Part shown: in pieces, positions 8,365 through 15,154 of the stretch
Layout of the letters: each line of letters opens with the position of its first letter
Numbering within the stretch: position 1 is the first letter of the stretch
Virus record (IMG/VR): IMGVR_UViG_3300033074_002160
Source: an uncultured virus (IMG/VR IMGVR_UViG_3300033074_002160)
Lineage: Duplodnaviria > Heunggongvirae > Uroviricota > Caudoviricetes
DNA length: 20,000 nt
Direction: 5' to 3' (one strand)
Program-made: the position numbers and the translations under genes
The notes under the pieces: generated by a model
The model's input: the letters and a program-made list of their open reading frames with translations, nothing else
What the model was told of the DNA's origin: nothing
Database searches by the model: none

Positions 8365-8633
8365 GCGCCCTCCTCGGCGAGCGCCGCGGTCGCCTTCTCG
8401 CTGGCGAGCCACTTGAACTGGTCGGGGCTGCGCTCCTTGAGCGTTGCGGCGAACGCGTGCGCCCTGCTGATGTCGTTGGCGATGACCTCGAGCGCGGCGA
8501 TGCTGACGTCGAGGGTATCGCCAGCGTTGTCGAGGGCGGGCTCGGGGACGCCGTTCTCGTACTCCGCGAGGGTCTGCTTGTGCTGCGCGAGCGCGTTCGC
8601 GACGAGGCGCAGCGCGGTGGCGTCGTTGATCAT
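8361..8633 (-). CDS. helical hypothetical protein, 90 aa
   Basis: ATGA overlap, GAGG RBS. Confidence 0.75.
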   Translation of the reverse strand: MINDATALRLVANALAQHKQTLAEYENGVPEPALDNAGDTLDVSIAALEVIANDISRAHAFAATLKERSPDQFKWLASEKATAALAEEGA

Positions 8634-8968
8634 CGCGACCTCTGCGTGTTCGTCGGGATGGTCACGGCCTTGAAGCGCTTCGCGGTCCGCACGGCCGGCG
8701 CGACGGGAGCCGGCTTGTCGAGCGCGGGCGCCGTCGCCGGGCGCTTCGACGGGACGTAGCGCCCCTCGGACGAGATGCGCACCGGGATCGGCCGGCCCTG
8801 AGCGTCGATGTGGTGGCGCGGGGAGTAGAGCGTGCGGCCGAAGGTGCGCGCCTCCTCTGCCGGGTGGGACGCGGCGCCGTTGCGCTCGCGCTCGCCGACC
8901 TTGCGGCCGTAGATGACGAACGCGGGAAGGGCGGGGATGCCGCCGGTGCTGTGGATCTTGGTGCTCAC
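8630..8968 (-). CDS. basic hypothetical protein, 112 aa
   Basis: GTGA overlap at 8965-8968, AAGGA RBS. Confidence 0.65.
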   Translation of the reverse strand: MSTKIHSTGGIPALPAFVIYGRKVGERERNGAASHPAEEARTFGRTLYSPRHHIDAQGRPIPVRISSEGRYVPSKRPATAPALDKPAPVAPAVRTAKRFKAVTIPTNTQRSR

Positions 8969-9270
8969 TTCGGGTCCTTGGTTGCGACGTTGACGATGTT
9001 GAACGCGGAGGCGACGATGTTGAGCAGGTGGATGGCCTGCCCCTGGTTCAGATGCCGCATGCGCATGAGCATGTGGTCGGTCGCGGCCCGCACGTCGTCG
9101 ATGGTGTCCATGCGGAGCGGGATCAGGGACATGCGGACGCGCTCGGCGAGGTCGCGGTTCTCGCGCTGCAGCTTGGAGATCTCCTCGTTCCGTACGCCGC
9201 AGGCGCTCAGGAGCTGGGCGTTGGTGCAGCGCAGGTCCGCGTTCTGCTTGGTCAGGGACGGCTTCTTCAC
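8965..9270 (-). CDS. coiled-coil hypothetical protein, 101 aa
   Basis: GTGA overlap, AAGGAGG RBS. Confidence 0.75.
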   Translation of the reverse strand: MKKPSLTKQNADLRCTNAQLLSACGVRNEEISKLQRENRDLAERVRMSLIPLRMDTIDDVRAATDHMLMRMRHLNQGQAIHLLNIVASAFNIVNVATKDPK

Positions 9271-9485
9271 GGTTCCTCCTTCGGTGTCTCGACCCCGTTG
9301 CCGGGGCATGGATCGGTCGCGTCGCCGAGGTGCAGCTTCGAGCACTCGCGGCAGAGGTAGGTGCCACACGCGGCGCACGCTCCGGCGAGGCGCGGGGAGC
9401 CGCAGACGGGACATGCGCTGGGGTCCGTGCCCGAGACGAGCCGGGCGAGGGAGAGGCCGATGGCGAGGGCGCGCGAGCGGCTCAT
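9267..9485 (-). CDS. binuclear-type Zn-finger micro-protein (CPVC..CAAC..CREC..H..C), 72 aa
   Basis: Seven Cys and one His in B-box/AN1-like spacing; ATGA overlap. Confidence 0.75.
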   Translation of the reverse strand: MSRSRALAIGLSLARLVSGTDPSACPVCGSPRLAGACAACGTYLCRECSKLHLGDATDPCPGNGVETPKEEP

Positions 9486-9670
9486 CGCAGCGCCTCGCGC
9501 AGGGCCTCGGCCACCGCGTCCTCGCGCCCGGGCGTGACGTGGACGATGGTCGCGTCGTGGGTGTCCTCGAAGACGGCTCCGGGGTCGACGGCGCGCACCG
9601 CGTTGACGAACTTGAAGTACCCGGTGCGCATCATCTGCTCGGCTTCGCGCTCGATGTCGGCGTAGTTCAC
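9482..9670 (-). CDS. hypothetical protein, 62 aa
   Basis: GTGA overlap, GGAGG RBS. Confidence 0.75.
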   Translation of the reverse strand: MNYADIEREAEQMMRTGYFKFVNAVRAVDPGAVFEDTHDATIVHVTPGREDAVAEALREALR

Positions 9671-9837
9671 GGTCCCCTCCGTTCCAGGCGCTGCTCGAGC
9701 AGCTCGGTCTCGGTCCGCATCTGCTCGACCAGTTCGCGCGACGTCAGGCGAGGCAGGTACGCGCGCCGGAGCGCGATCTGGTCCTTGAGCGTCTCGCGCG
9801 CCGCCTCGAGGGGGATCTCTTCGATGTCGAGGAGCAT
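9667..9837 (-). CDS. small helical protein, 56 aa
   Basis: TGATG overlap at 9835-9839, GGAGG RBS. Confidence 0.7.
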   Translation of the reverse strand: MLLDIEEIPLEAARETLKDQIALRRAYLPRLTSRELVEQMRTETELLEQRLERRGP

Positions 9838-10124
9838 CAGCAGTCCTCCAGCGGCACGCCGTACTTCTTCGCCGCCTCGACGAGGCGGTCGTGGATGAGG
9901 CGCCGCAGGCTGGCGTTGATGTCCGAGGCGCCGTGGACGTTGGGGGTGTCCACACCAGCAGCCGTCGGCAGCGACCAGTGCCACTCGCGCAGCACGTTGG
10001 TCCAGTGCTTCTGCGGGTTGTGCCGCAGCCAGCGCAGAACGGCGCCGGCCGCCGCGCCCTCGTTGCTCTTGTCATCGTTGGCCTCGATGGCCGCGAGGAT
10101 CTTGGAGAGTTGGTATCGCATCAC
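9837..10124 (-). CDS. hypothetical protein, 95 aa
   Basis: GTGA overlap, GGAGGAG RBS. Confidence 0.75.
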   Translation of the reverse strand: MMRYQLSKILAAIEANDDKSNEGAAAGAVLRWLRHNPQKHWTNVLREWHWSLPTAAGVDTPNVHGASDINASLRRLIHDRLVEAAKKYGVPLEDC

Positions 10125-10399
10125 TCCTCCACTTTCATCTTCAGGTCCAGCGCATGCCAGAAGGAATCCCTGTCGCCGAAGAGCTCGCGGCGGCGGACGC
10201 GCTTGATCTTCTCAAGCGCCGCGTGCTCGATCTGCCTCACGCGCTCGCGGGTGAGCCCGAGCACCTCGCCGACCTGCTCGAGCGTCATGCCGTCGGGGTT
10301 GGCCTCGACGAGGGCCTGGCAGTCGAGGTCGTGCTCGTACGGCGTCGTGCTGTCGATGCGGATCTGCCCCGACGAGGGCGCTGGCTGCTTGCGCCTCAT
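10121..10399 (-). CDS. stand-alone sigma-70 region 4 HTH protein, 92 aa
   Basis: MTLEQVGEVLGLTRERVRQIEHAALEKIK closely matches the RpoD region 4.2 consensus TLEEVG..F.VTRERIRQIE.KAL.KL; no sigma regions 2/3. Confidence 0.88.
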   Translation of the reverse strand: MRRKQPAPSSGQIRIDSTTPYEHDLDCQALVEANPDGMTLEQVGEVLGLTRERVRQIEHAALEKIKRVRRRELFGDRDSFWHALDLKMKVEE

Positions 10400-11025
10400 G
10401 GGACGGCCTTCTTGACGAGCGTCTCGACCTCGGAGAGCAGGGCGTCGCGGCACTCGGCCTGTGTCACCTCGCGCAGGCTCGTGGTGACCTCGACGATGCG
10501 CGGCGTGCCGGGAACCGACCGCAGTTCAGCGACGGCGCGCAGCGCGTCGGGGAGCGTGTACGTCTTCGCGTTGCGGAGCGGCCCGGCCTCCATCCCGTTG
10601 TAGTAGGTCGGCGTGGTGGTCGAGAACTCGATGCAGAAGACGGCGCTCGACCGCGCAGCCGCGGTCTGCGGGGCGGCCTCGCGGTAGGTGGGCTCGGTCG
10701 GCGGGGGAGGAGGCGGGGGAGGAGGCGGCTGGAGCGTGCTCCCCGTGAAGACGGTGAAGCGCACCGACCCGATGCGGATCTCGTCGCCGTGGTACAGCTT
10801 CGCCTTGCTGACCTTCTTGCCGTTGAGGACGGTGCCGGCGTCGGAGCCGAGGTCGATGATGAAGGCCTCGCCTTTGACGACCTCGATGACCGAGTGCATG
10901 CGGGTGACGCCCTCGCCTTCGAGGCGGAGTTGGCTCGATGCCAGGGAGCCGATCTTGATCGTGCCGCCGTCGGCCACATCGTGGAGCATGACCCGGCCGC
11001 TCGGGAGGCTGAAGGTCAGGTTCAT
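10396..11025 (-). CDS. FHA domain protein (GltG-like FHA, poly-Pro linker, small C-terminal domain), 209 aa
   Basis: IKIGSL..VTRMHSVIEV..IIDLGSDAGTVLNGKKVSKAKLYHGDEIRIG is a clear FHA pattern. Confidence 0.9.
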   Translation of the reverse strand: MNLTFSLPSGRVMLHDVADGGTIKIGSLASSQLRLEGEGVTRMHSVIEVVKGEAFIIDLGSDAGTVLNGKKVSKAKLYHGDEIRIGSVRFTVFTGSTLQPPPPPPPPPPTEPTYREAAPQTAAARSSAVFCIEFSTTTPTYYNGMEAGPLRNAKTYTLPDALRAVAELRSVPGTPRIVEVTTSLREVTQAECRDALLSEVETLVKKAVP

Positions 11026-11075
11026 GGCGTCTCACCCTTCGGTGCGAGGCCGTACAGGGCTTTCATGGGTTCCAT
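11022..11075 (-). CDS. putative 17-aa leader peptide MEPMKALYGLAPKGETP
   Basis: GGAGG RBS just downstream of the promoter; TGA overlaps the FHA gene ATG. Confidence 0.5.
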   Translation of the reverse strand: MEPMKALYGLAPKGETP

Positions 11076-11092
11076 CAGTCCTCCGAGCGCGG

Positions 11093-11122
11093 AAACTAGA
11101 CCGCGCGTTGCGTCTCTGTCAA
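11093..11122 (-). promoter_or_regulatory. sigma-70-type promoter TTGACA-N18-TAGTTT driving the 11075-to-1 gene chain
   Basis: Perfect -35 TTGACA (11122-11117) and -10 TAGTTT (11098-11093) in the only large, AT-richer intergenic gap. Confidence 0.8.
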
Positions 11123-11137
11123 GAATCTTTCGGCCAG

Positions 11138-11149
11138 TAACCACGGTTA
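11138..11149. promoter_or_regulatory. palindromic operator candidate TAACC-AC-GGTTA
   Basis: 5-bp perfect arms 15 bp upstream of the -35 box. Confidence 0.4.
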
Positions 11150-11160
11150 TCGGCAAGGTC

Positions 11161-11202
11161 GGCGTAAGCGTGAAAAACCCTGTGTTTTCCTGGACTTACG
11201 CC
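11161..11202. repeat. long imperfect inverted repeat GGCGTAAG..AAAAC-cctgt-GTTTT..CTTACGCC
   Basis: 8-bp perfect outer arms (11161-11168 and 11195-11202) plus inner 5-bp arms. Confidence 0.65.
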
Positions 11203-11244
11203 ACTTTTGGCAGCGGGTTTGGCCGAGGGTTCGCCTGGCGATAT

Positions 11245-11553
11245 TCAGGCCATGAACGAGTGCAGCACCCACCCGAGACCCCACGTCAGGGCCATGATGA
11301 GGGCGCTCGCGGTCACGATGAACCAGATGCTCTTGTCCTCGCGCGTGTCCTGCTTCGCGCTCAGCGAGTACGTCACGAAGCGCACGAAGGTCGAGATCCC
11401 CGCCGCGTGGGCGATGCCGAGCGTCGGCACGCCGAGCGGCACGACGAACCAGCCCCACAGGTCGCGCAGGATGAGTGCGTTCAGGACCATGCTGGTGGGC
11501 AGCCAGAGGAGCAGGAACAGGATGGCGGTGAGGGGGTCGGTCTCTTTCTTCAC
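11245..11553 (-). CDS. phage membrane protein (about 3 TM segments; LWGWFVVP motif), 102 aa
   Basis: Hydrophobic segments; GTGA overlap; AAGGAG RBS. Confidence 0.85.
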   Translation of the reverse strand: MKKETDPLTAILFLLLWLPTSMVLNALILRDLWGWFVVPLGVPTLGIAHAAGISTFVRFVTYSLSAKQDTREDKSIWFIVTASALIMALTWGLGWVLHSFMA

Positions 11554-11744
11554 GGGATCTCCTTGTCAGTCCACGTCCCTCGAGGGGCTCGCATGGTCGT
11601 GTCCGACGGCACCGTCGTCACGTCGAGAGCCTTGGTGGGCTCGACGTGACGCGCCGTACCGCCGAGCCGGTAGGTGAAGTCGCCGATGGGGACGAGCGCC
11701 CCGTCGGCGAGGCGGATGTGCGTGGGCGTCAGGACGCGGGTCAC
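11550..11744 (-). CDS. hypothetical protein, 64 aa
   Basis: GTGA overlaps at both ends. Confidence 0.6.
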   Translation of the reverse strand: MTRVLTPTHIRLADGALVPIGDFTYRLGGTARHVEPTKALDVTTVPSDTTMRAPRGTWTDKEIP

Positions 11745-12379
11745 GGTGTGCCCCGCAGCGGGCACGTCGGCGGGGGCGGTGCCGTCGCGTCGACGACCGG
11801 CGGCGGTGCTGGTGCCTTCGCGTTCTCGCAGTGCCGGGGGCCGTCCCGACGCGGGACGCTGCACCAGCCGCAGTCGCCGCACGTCGGGAGCACCGGCAGA
11901 GACGCACGGTAGTCGACCTCGCTCGTGGCGCGGGCTCGAAAGCGCCGGCCTAGTGTGTTCACCGCAGCGGCCACGAGGTACGCGCCGTCGAGCACAGCGG
12001 AGGCGCGCTGCTCTTCCGCGAGATCTGCGGCCTCGGCCCACACCTCAGCTCGCACGCGCCGCCTGTACGCCTCCGCGGTGGGCGCAGTGTCGGCGACGAG
12101 CGCGCCGAGCAGCCCTCGGCACGCCGCCTCTAGCTTGGTCCCGCCGACCTCGAAGGCGACCAGAACCTCGCGAGCCGCGAGCCGCAGCGCGGCGAGCTGC
12201 CCCCTGGCCTCGTTGCGCTCGCGCCGGGCCTCGTCGAGGGCTGCGATGAGCGCCTGCGCGTGGTGCCGCCCGAGGGTGCCGAGAGAGCTGCCGGGCACGC
12301 TCTCTCGGGCGTAGGCCCGCGCGTGGAGCTCGGCAGCCTGCAGCGTCGTGCCGTCGTTTCGGAAGTAGTGGTGGGTCAT
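11741..12379 (-). CDS. Ead/Ea22-like coiled-coil protein with C-terminal Cys cluster (CGDCGWC..C..PTCPL), 212 aa
   Basis: ATG 12379 with GAGGAG RBS; ALIAALDEARRERNEAR helix; Cys motif. The family label is tentative. Confidence 0.7.
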   Translation of the reverse strand: MTHHYFRNDGTTLQAAELHARAYARESVPGSSLGTLGRHHAQALIAALDEARRERNEARGQLAALRLAAREVLVAFEVGGTKLEAACRGLLGALVADTAPTAEAYRRRVRAEVWAEAADLAEEQRASAVLDGAYLVAAAVNTLGRRFRARATSEVDYRASLPVLPTCGDCGWCSVPRRDGPRHCENAKAPAPPPVVDATAPPPPTCPLRGTP

Positions 12380-12387
12380 GGCGCTCC

Positions 12388-12813
12388 TCAGTACGGCGGT
12401 CCCTCTTTGCCGCACGGGCAGCCGTGCGGGATGTGCTTCGACGCGTGCTCCGCGCGACGCAGGCGCGCCTTCTCGACGCGCGTCGTGGGCTCGGTGGCCC
12501 GAGCGATCCATCGGATCATCTGCCGGACCACCTGCCGCGGTCGCGACGTCCCGGGGACGTGCTGCTCGTGCCGCTGCTTGAAGGCCTCGCGCAGCATCCG
12601 ACGCCAGCGCTCGAGCTCCTGCTCGGGGGTCGGTGGAGGCGGTGCCGTGAGGGCGTCCGTGTCGTAGAAGAACTGCGAGTTGACCGCATGGCGCATGTCG
12701 TAGTTGCGACCGTCGGGGTGGACCCAGCGCCCGCGGAGCTGCTCGGTCCAGCCGTTCGCGCGGAGGTACTCGCGGCGCGCCTCGTTGAAGACGTTGTAGG
12801 CGTGGACGTTCAT
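12388..12813 (-). CDS. hypothetical protein, 141 aa
   Basis: ATGA overlap; YLRANGW..RWVHPDG N-terminal motif. Confidence 0.75.
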   Translation of the reverse strand: MNVHAYNVFNEARREYLRANGWTEQLRGRWVHPDGRNYDMRHAVNSQFFYDTDALTAPPPPTPEQELERWRRMLREAFKQRHEQHVPGTSRPRQVVRQMIRWIARATEPTTRVEKARLRRAEHASKHIPHGCPCGKEGPPY

Positions 12814-13052
12814 CGCCGCCCTCGGATCGAGATCTTCAGCCCCCAGTGGTCCGCGAGGAGCCGCAGGGCCTTCCGGCGCATGTAGTCGTCGATCGGCTCG
12901 TCGTCGAGGCTCGCATCGAAGTGCGTCGTCTCGGTCCGCTTCAGGACGCCGCTGGCGGTGAGGCTCGTGCGCGCTCGCCTGGTGCCATGCATGTTGACGA
13001 TCTCGACGATGCGCAGGCGCAGGTTCTCGTGGACGGTCAGCTTCGGCTTCAT
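12810..13052 (-). CDS. hypothetical protein, 80 aa
   Basis: ATGA overlap at 13049-13052, GGAG RBS. Confidence 0.75.
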   Translation of the reverse strand: MKPKLTVHENLRLRIVEIVNMHGTRRARTSLTASGVLKRTETTHFDASLDDEPIDDYMRRKALRLLADHWGLKISIRGRR

Positions 13053-13309
13053 GGTGTCTCCGACGTCGGCGCCGCAGGGATATTCAGAGGCAGCCTGCGG
13101 TCGATCTCGTCCGCGATCTCCTCGCGGCGCGCAGTTGCATCGAACAGCCACCACTCCTCGTAGGTGATCGGCAGCGACGCGGTCCGATGCAGGCCGCGCA
13201 GCTCGAAGAGGAGGCAGATCAGTTCCGACGTAGGGATCTCACGCACCGGGCGCGTCGTGATGCCCCAGGCGCGGCGGCGTGCGACCTCGATGAGGGTCGG
13301 GCGGGTCAC
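13049..13309 (-). CDS. hypothetical protein, 86 aa
   Basis: GTGA overlap at 13306-13309. Confidence 0.7.
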   Translation of the reverse strand: MTRPTLIEVARRRAWGITTRPVREIPTSELICLLFELRGLHRTASLPITYEEWWLFDATARREEIADEIDRRLPLNIPAAPTSETP

Positions 13310-13545
13310 GCGTCCACCTTGGGCCATCGCCCGACCGCAAGACCCATCGCAGCGGCGATGCCGCTGCAGTCAGGCGCGCAGGTGGGGGTGAGGCCGCAGT
13401 ACGCGCACTCCGGGTAGACGTGGGCGCACGGCCTCGCGTCGAGCTCGGCGAGCGTGCCGACGTCGCCGCAGAACGCACAGCGCCAGCGGCGCGGCGGGTG
13501 GCTGCGCGGCGGGTCGATCGCGACGACACGGTTGTGCGGGTTCAC
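13306..13545 (-). CDS. Cys-rich Zn-finger micro-protein (CAFC..C..CAYC..C..C), 79 aa
   Basis: Seven Cys; GTGA overlap; GGAGG RBS. Confidence 0.75.
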   Translation of the reverse strand: MNPHNRVVAIDPPRSHPPRRWRCAFCGDVGTLAELDARPCAHVYPECAYCGLTPTCAPDCSGIAAAMGLAVGRWPKVDA

Positions 13546-13778
13546 GCCTCGACCTCCCCCTTCTCCGGGGTGAGGAACCAGATGAAGCGGCCCCAGAGCG
13601 GTTCGAGCTTCGTCATCGCCTCATCGCCCAGGCGCACGAACAGATCGACGTGCGTGGCTTCATGCGCTTGGCCGAGGATGGTGATGCCCATGGCCCGAAT
13701 CTCGGCCTGCTCACCGTCTTGGATGGTGATGGTCCCGGCCCACCCGGCCGCGGTGTGCGGGTTCACGCCTCGACCTCC
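13533..13778. repeat. perfect 25-bp direct repeat TGTGCGGGTTCACGCCTCGACCTCC (13533-13557 and 13754-13778) bracketing one gene
   Basis: Exact match read from the sequence; minus strand GGAGGTCGAGGCGTGAACCCGCACA = RBS + GTGA + first codons. Confidence 0.95.
13542..13766 (-). CDS. hypothetical protein, 74 aa (flanked by the 25-bp direct repeats)
   Basis: GTGA overlap, GGAGG RBS. Confidence 0.8.
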   Translation of the reverse strand: MNPHTAAGWAGTITIQDGEQAEIRAMGITILGQAHEATHVDLFVRLGDEAMTKLEPLWGRFIWFLTPEKGEVEA

Positions 13779-14062
13779 TTCGTCATGTCCACCGAGAAGC
13801 CGCCGCAGGCGCGCTCGAGCTCGGCCACGAGCGCCCTCGCGGCCTCGTTCCCTTGCGAGAGCGCCTGCGCCTCCGTGTCGAAGGGCCCGAGGCAGTACTT
13901 CTTGAGCACCTTGTCCTTGGGCGCGACGCTCTCGTCGGTGTCCTCGACGAGCAGGATGTAGAACCAGGCGGCGCCGTCGAGCACGAACGGCGCGCCGTTC
14001 GGGGCCTTCGTGAGGAGCACGGCCTTGCCTTGGATGCGGAGCGGAGCGCCGGGGTTGTTCAT
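13763..14062 (-). CDS. hypothetical protein with LGPFDTEAQA motif, 99 aa
   Basis: ATGA overlap, GGAGG RBS. Confidence 0.8.
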   Translation of the reverse strand: MNNPGAPLRIQGKAVLLTKAPNGAPFVLDGAAWFYILLVEDTDESVAPKDKVLKKYCLGPFDTEAQALSQGNEAARALVAELERACGGFSVDMTKEVEA

Positions 14063-14463
14063 GTGTCCTCCGAGACGTCAGCGAGGAAGCGCTTGATCGC
14101 GCTGCCGATGGTGTCCTTCTGCGCCGCGACCTGAGGCTCGAGCGCCTCGCGCGGGATGTTGAACAGGAGCCCTTGCACCGCGAGGAGCAGCGTCTCGATG
14201 TCGATGTCGCCGTTCTCGACGCCGAACATCGCCTGCGCCTCGCGCACCTTCCGCGCCTCGACGATGTCGTGCAGCATCTGTCCGAGCCGCGAGCGCTCGA
14301 GCCGCGCCTCCCTGGATGCGGTGAGGCATTCGGTGTAGCGCATGCTCCACGAAGGATTGCGCATCTTCATCGGCACGCTGTCGAGGTAGGCGCGTTCCGC
14401 GTGCAGTTCCTCGCGTCGCAGGTTGACGGCGCGGAGCTCGGCCTGGAGGGCGGCTTCGTTCAT
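14059..14463 (-). CDS. helical hypothetical protein, 134 aa
   Basis: ATGA overlap at 14460-14463. Confidence 0.75.
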   Translation of the reverse strand: MNEAALQAELRAVNLRREELHAERAYLDSVPMKMRNPSWSMRYTECLTASREARLERSRLGQMLHDIVEARKVREAQAMFGVENGDIDIETLLLAVQGLLFNIPREALEPQVAAQKDTIGSAIKRFLADVSEDT

Positions 14464-14813
14464 CGCTTCGCCTGTTCGTCGAGCCACTCGCGCAGTTCGC
14501 GGAGCACGACGATGCCGTGGGTGTGCCGCAGGAACCAGTTGTTGTTGCACATGGACTCCTCGCGCAGCTTCTCCTGCTCTGCGAGGCACGCGTCGAGGTG
14601 CGCCCGGAGGGTCGAGATGCGGATCTTGGGCTCGTCGTCGAGGACGCTGCCGCCAGCCGTGACGGGGCCCATGACGAGGAGCACCTGCGGCTCCGCGCGG
14701 TGTCGCGCGAGGAACTCGGCGGCCCTCTTGCATCGGCAGTCGTCGGGGTGGCACTCGTAGCCGTTGGGGCAGGGTGGGCCCCCGAGGAACGGCGGTCCCT
14801 GGAGGGTCTTCAT
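14460..14813 (-). CDS. hypothetical protein with N-terminal Cys cluster (CPNGYECHPDDCRC), 117 aa
   Basis: ATGA overlaps at both ends. Confidence 0.75.
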   Translation of the reverse strand: MKTLQGPPFLGGPPCPNGYECHPDDCRCKRAAEFLARHRAEPQVLLVMGPVTAGGSVLDDEPKIRISTLRAHLDACLAEQEKLREESMCNNNWFLRHTHGIVVLRELREWLDEQAKR

Positions 14814-15154
14814 CGCGCGATCTCGAAGCTCGTGCCGTTGAAGCCACAGAGCTCCACGGCCTGGCTCAGGGTGAAGGGCGGGTAGTAGTGCTGCCTGAAC
14901 GTCCCGCCGTCATCCGAGGGGATCGTGCAGATCCCGATGAGCCCCTCGCGCGGGCACGGGTCTCGCGAGATGCGCCCTGCGCCGCCGTGGGGGTCGGAGC
15001 AGATCGCGTAGACGTCATCGTCCGTGTAGCCGACGACGAAGTCCATGCAGCTCGACGTCGTGCCGTCGGGCGCGAGGTTCGCGCAGGTCAGGTCGGTGCC
15101 TTGAGGGGCGCACGCCGGAAGGGCGAGCGCGAGGATGAGCAGGATCTTCTTCAT
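14810..15154 (-). CDS. Cys-rich lipoprotein, 114 aa
   Basis: Signal peptide MKKILLILALALPA-C with lipobox-like Cys15; six further Cys; GGAGG RBS. Confidence 0.85.
   Translation of the reverse strand: MKKILLILALALPACAPQGTDLTCANLAPDGTTSSCMDFVVGYTDDDVYAICSDPHGGAGRISRDPCPREGLIGICTIPSDDGGTFRQHYYPPFTLSQAVELCGFNGTSFEIAR

Noticed and set aside
10697..10730. G-rich run GGCGGGGGAGGAGGCGGGGGAGGAGGCGG as a G-quadruplex or tandem repeat
   Set aside because: Fully explained by the poly-proline linker codons of the FHA gene.
11208..11222. sigma-54-like TGGCAGCGGGTTTGG on the plus strand
   Set aside because: The -12 position is GG rather than GC, and it would point antisense with no plus-strand gene.
13533..13778. 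25-bp repeat pair as a CRISPR array or integron attC sites
   Set aside because: Only two copies, the 196-bp spacer is coding, the repeat is not palindromic, there are no R/L boxes, and no cas or intI genes are present.
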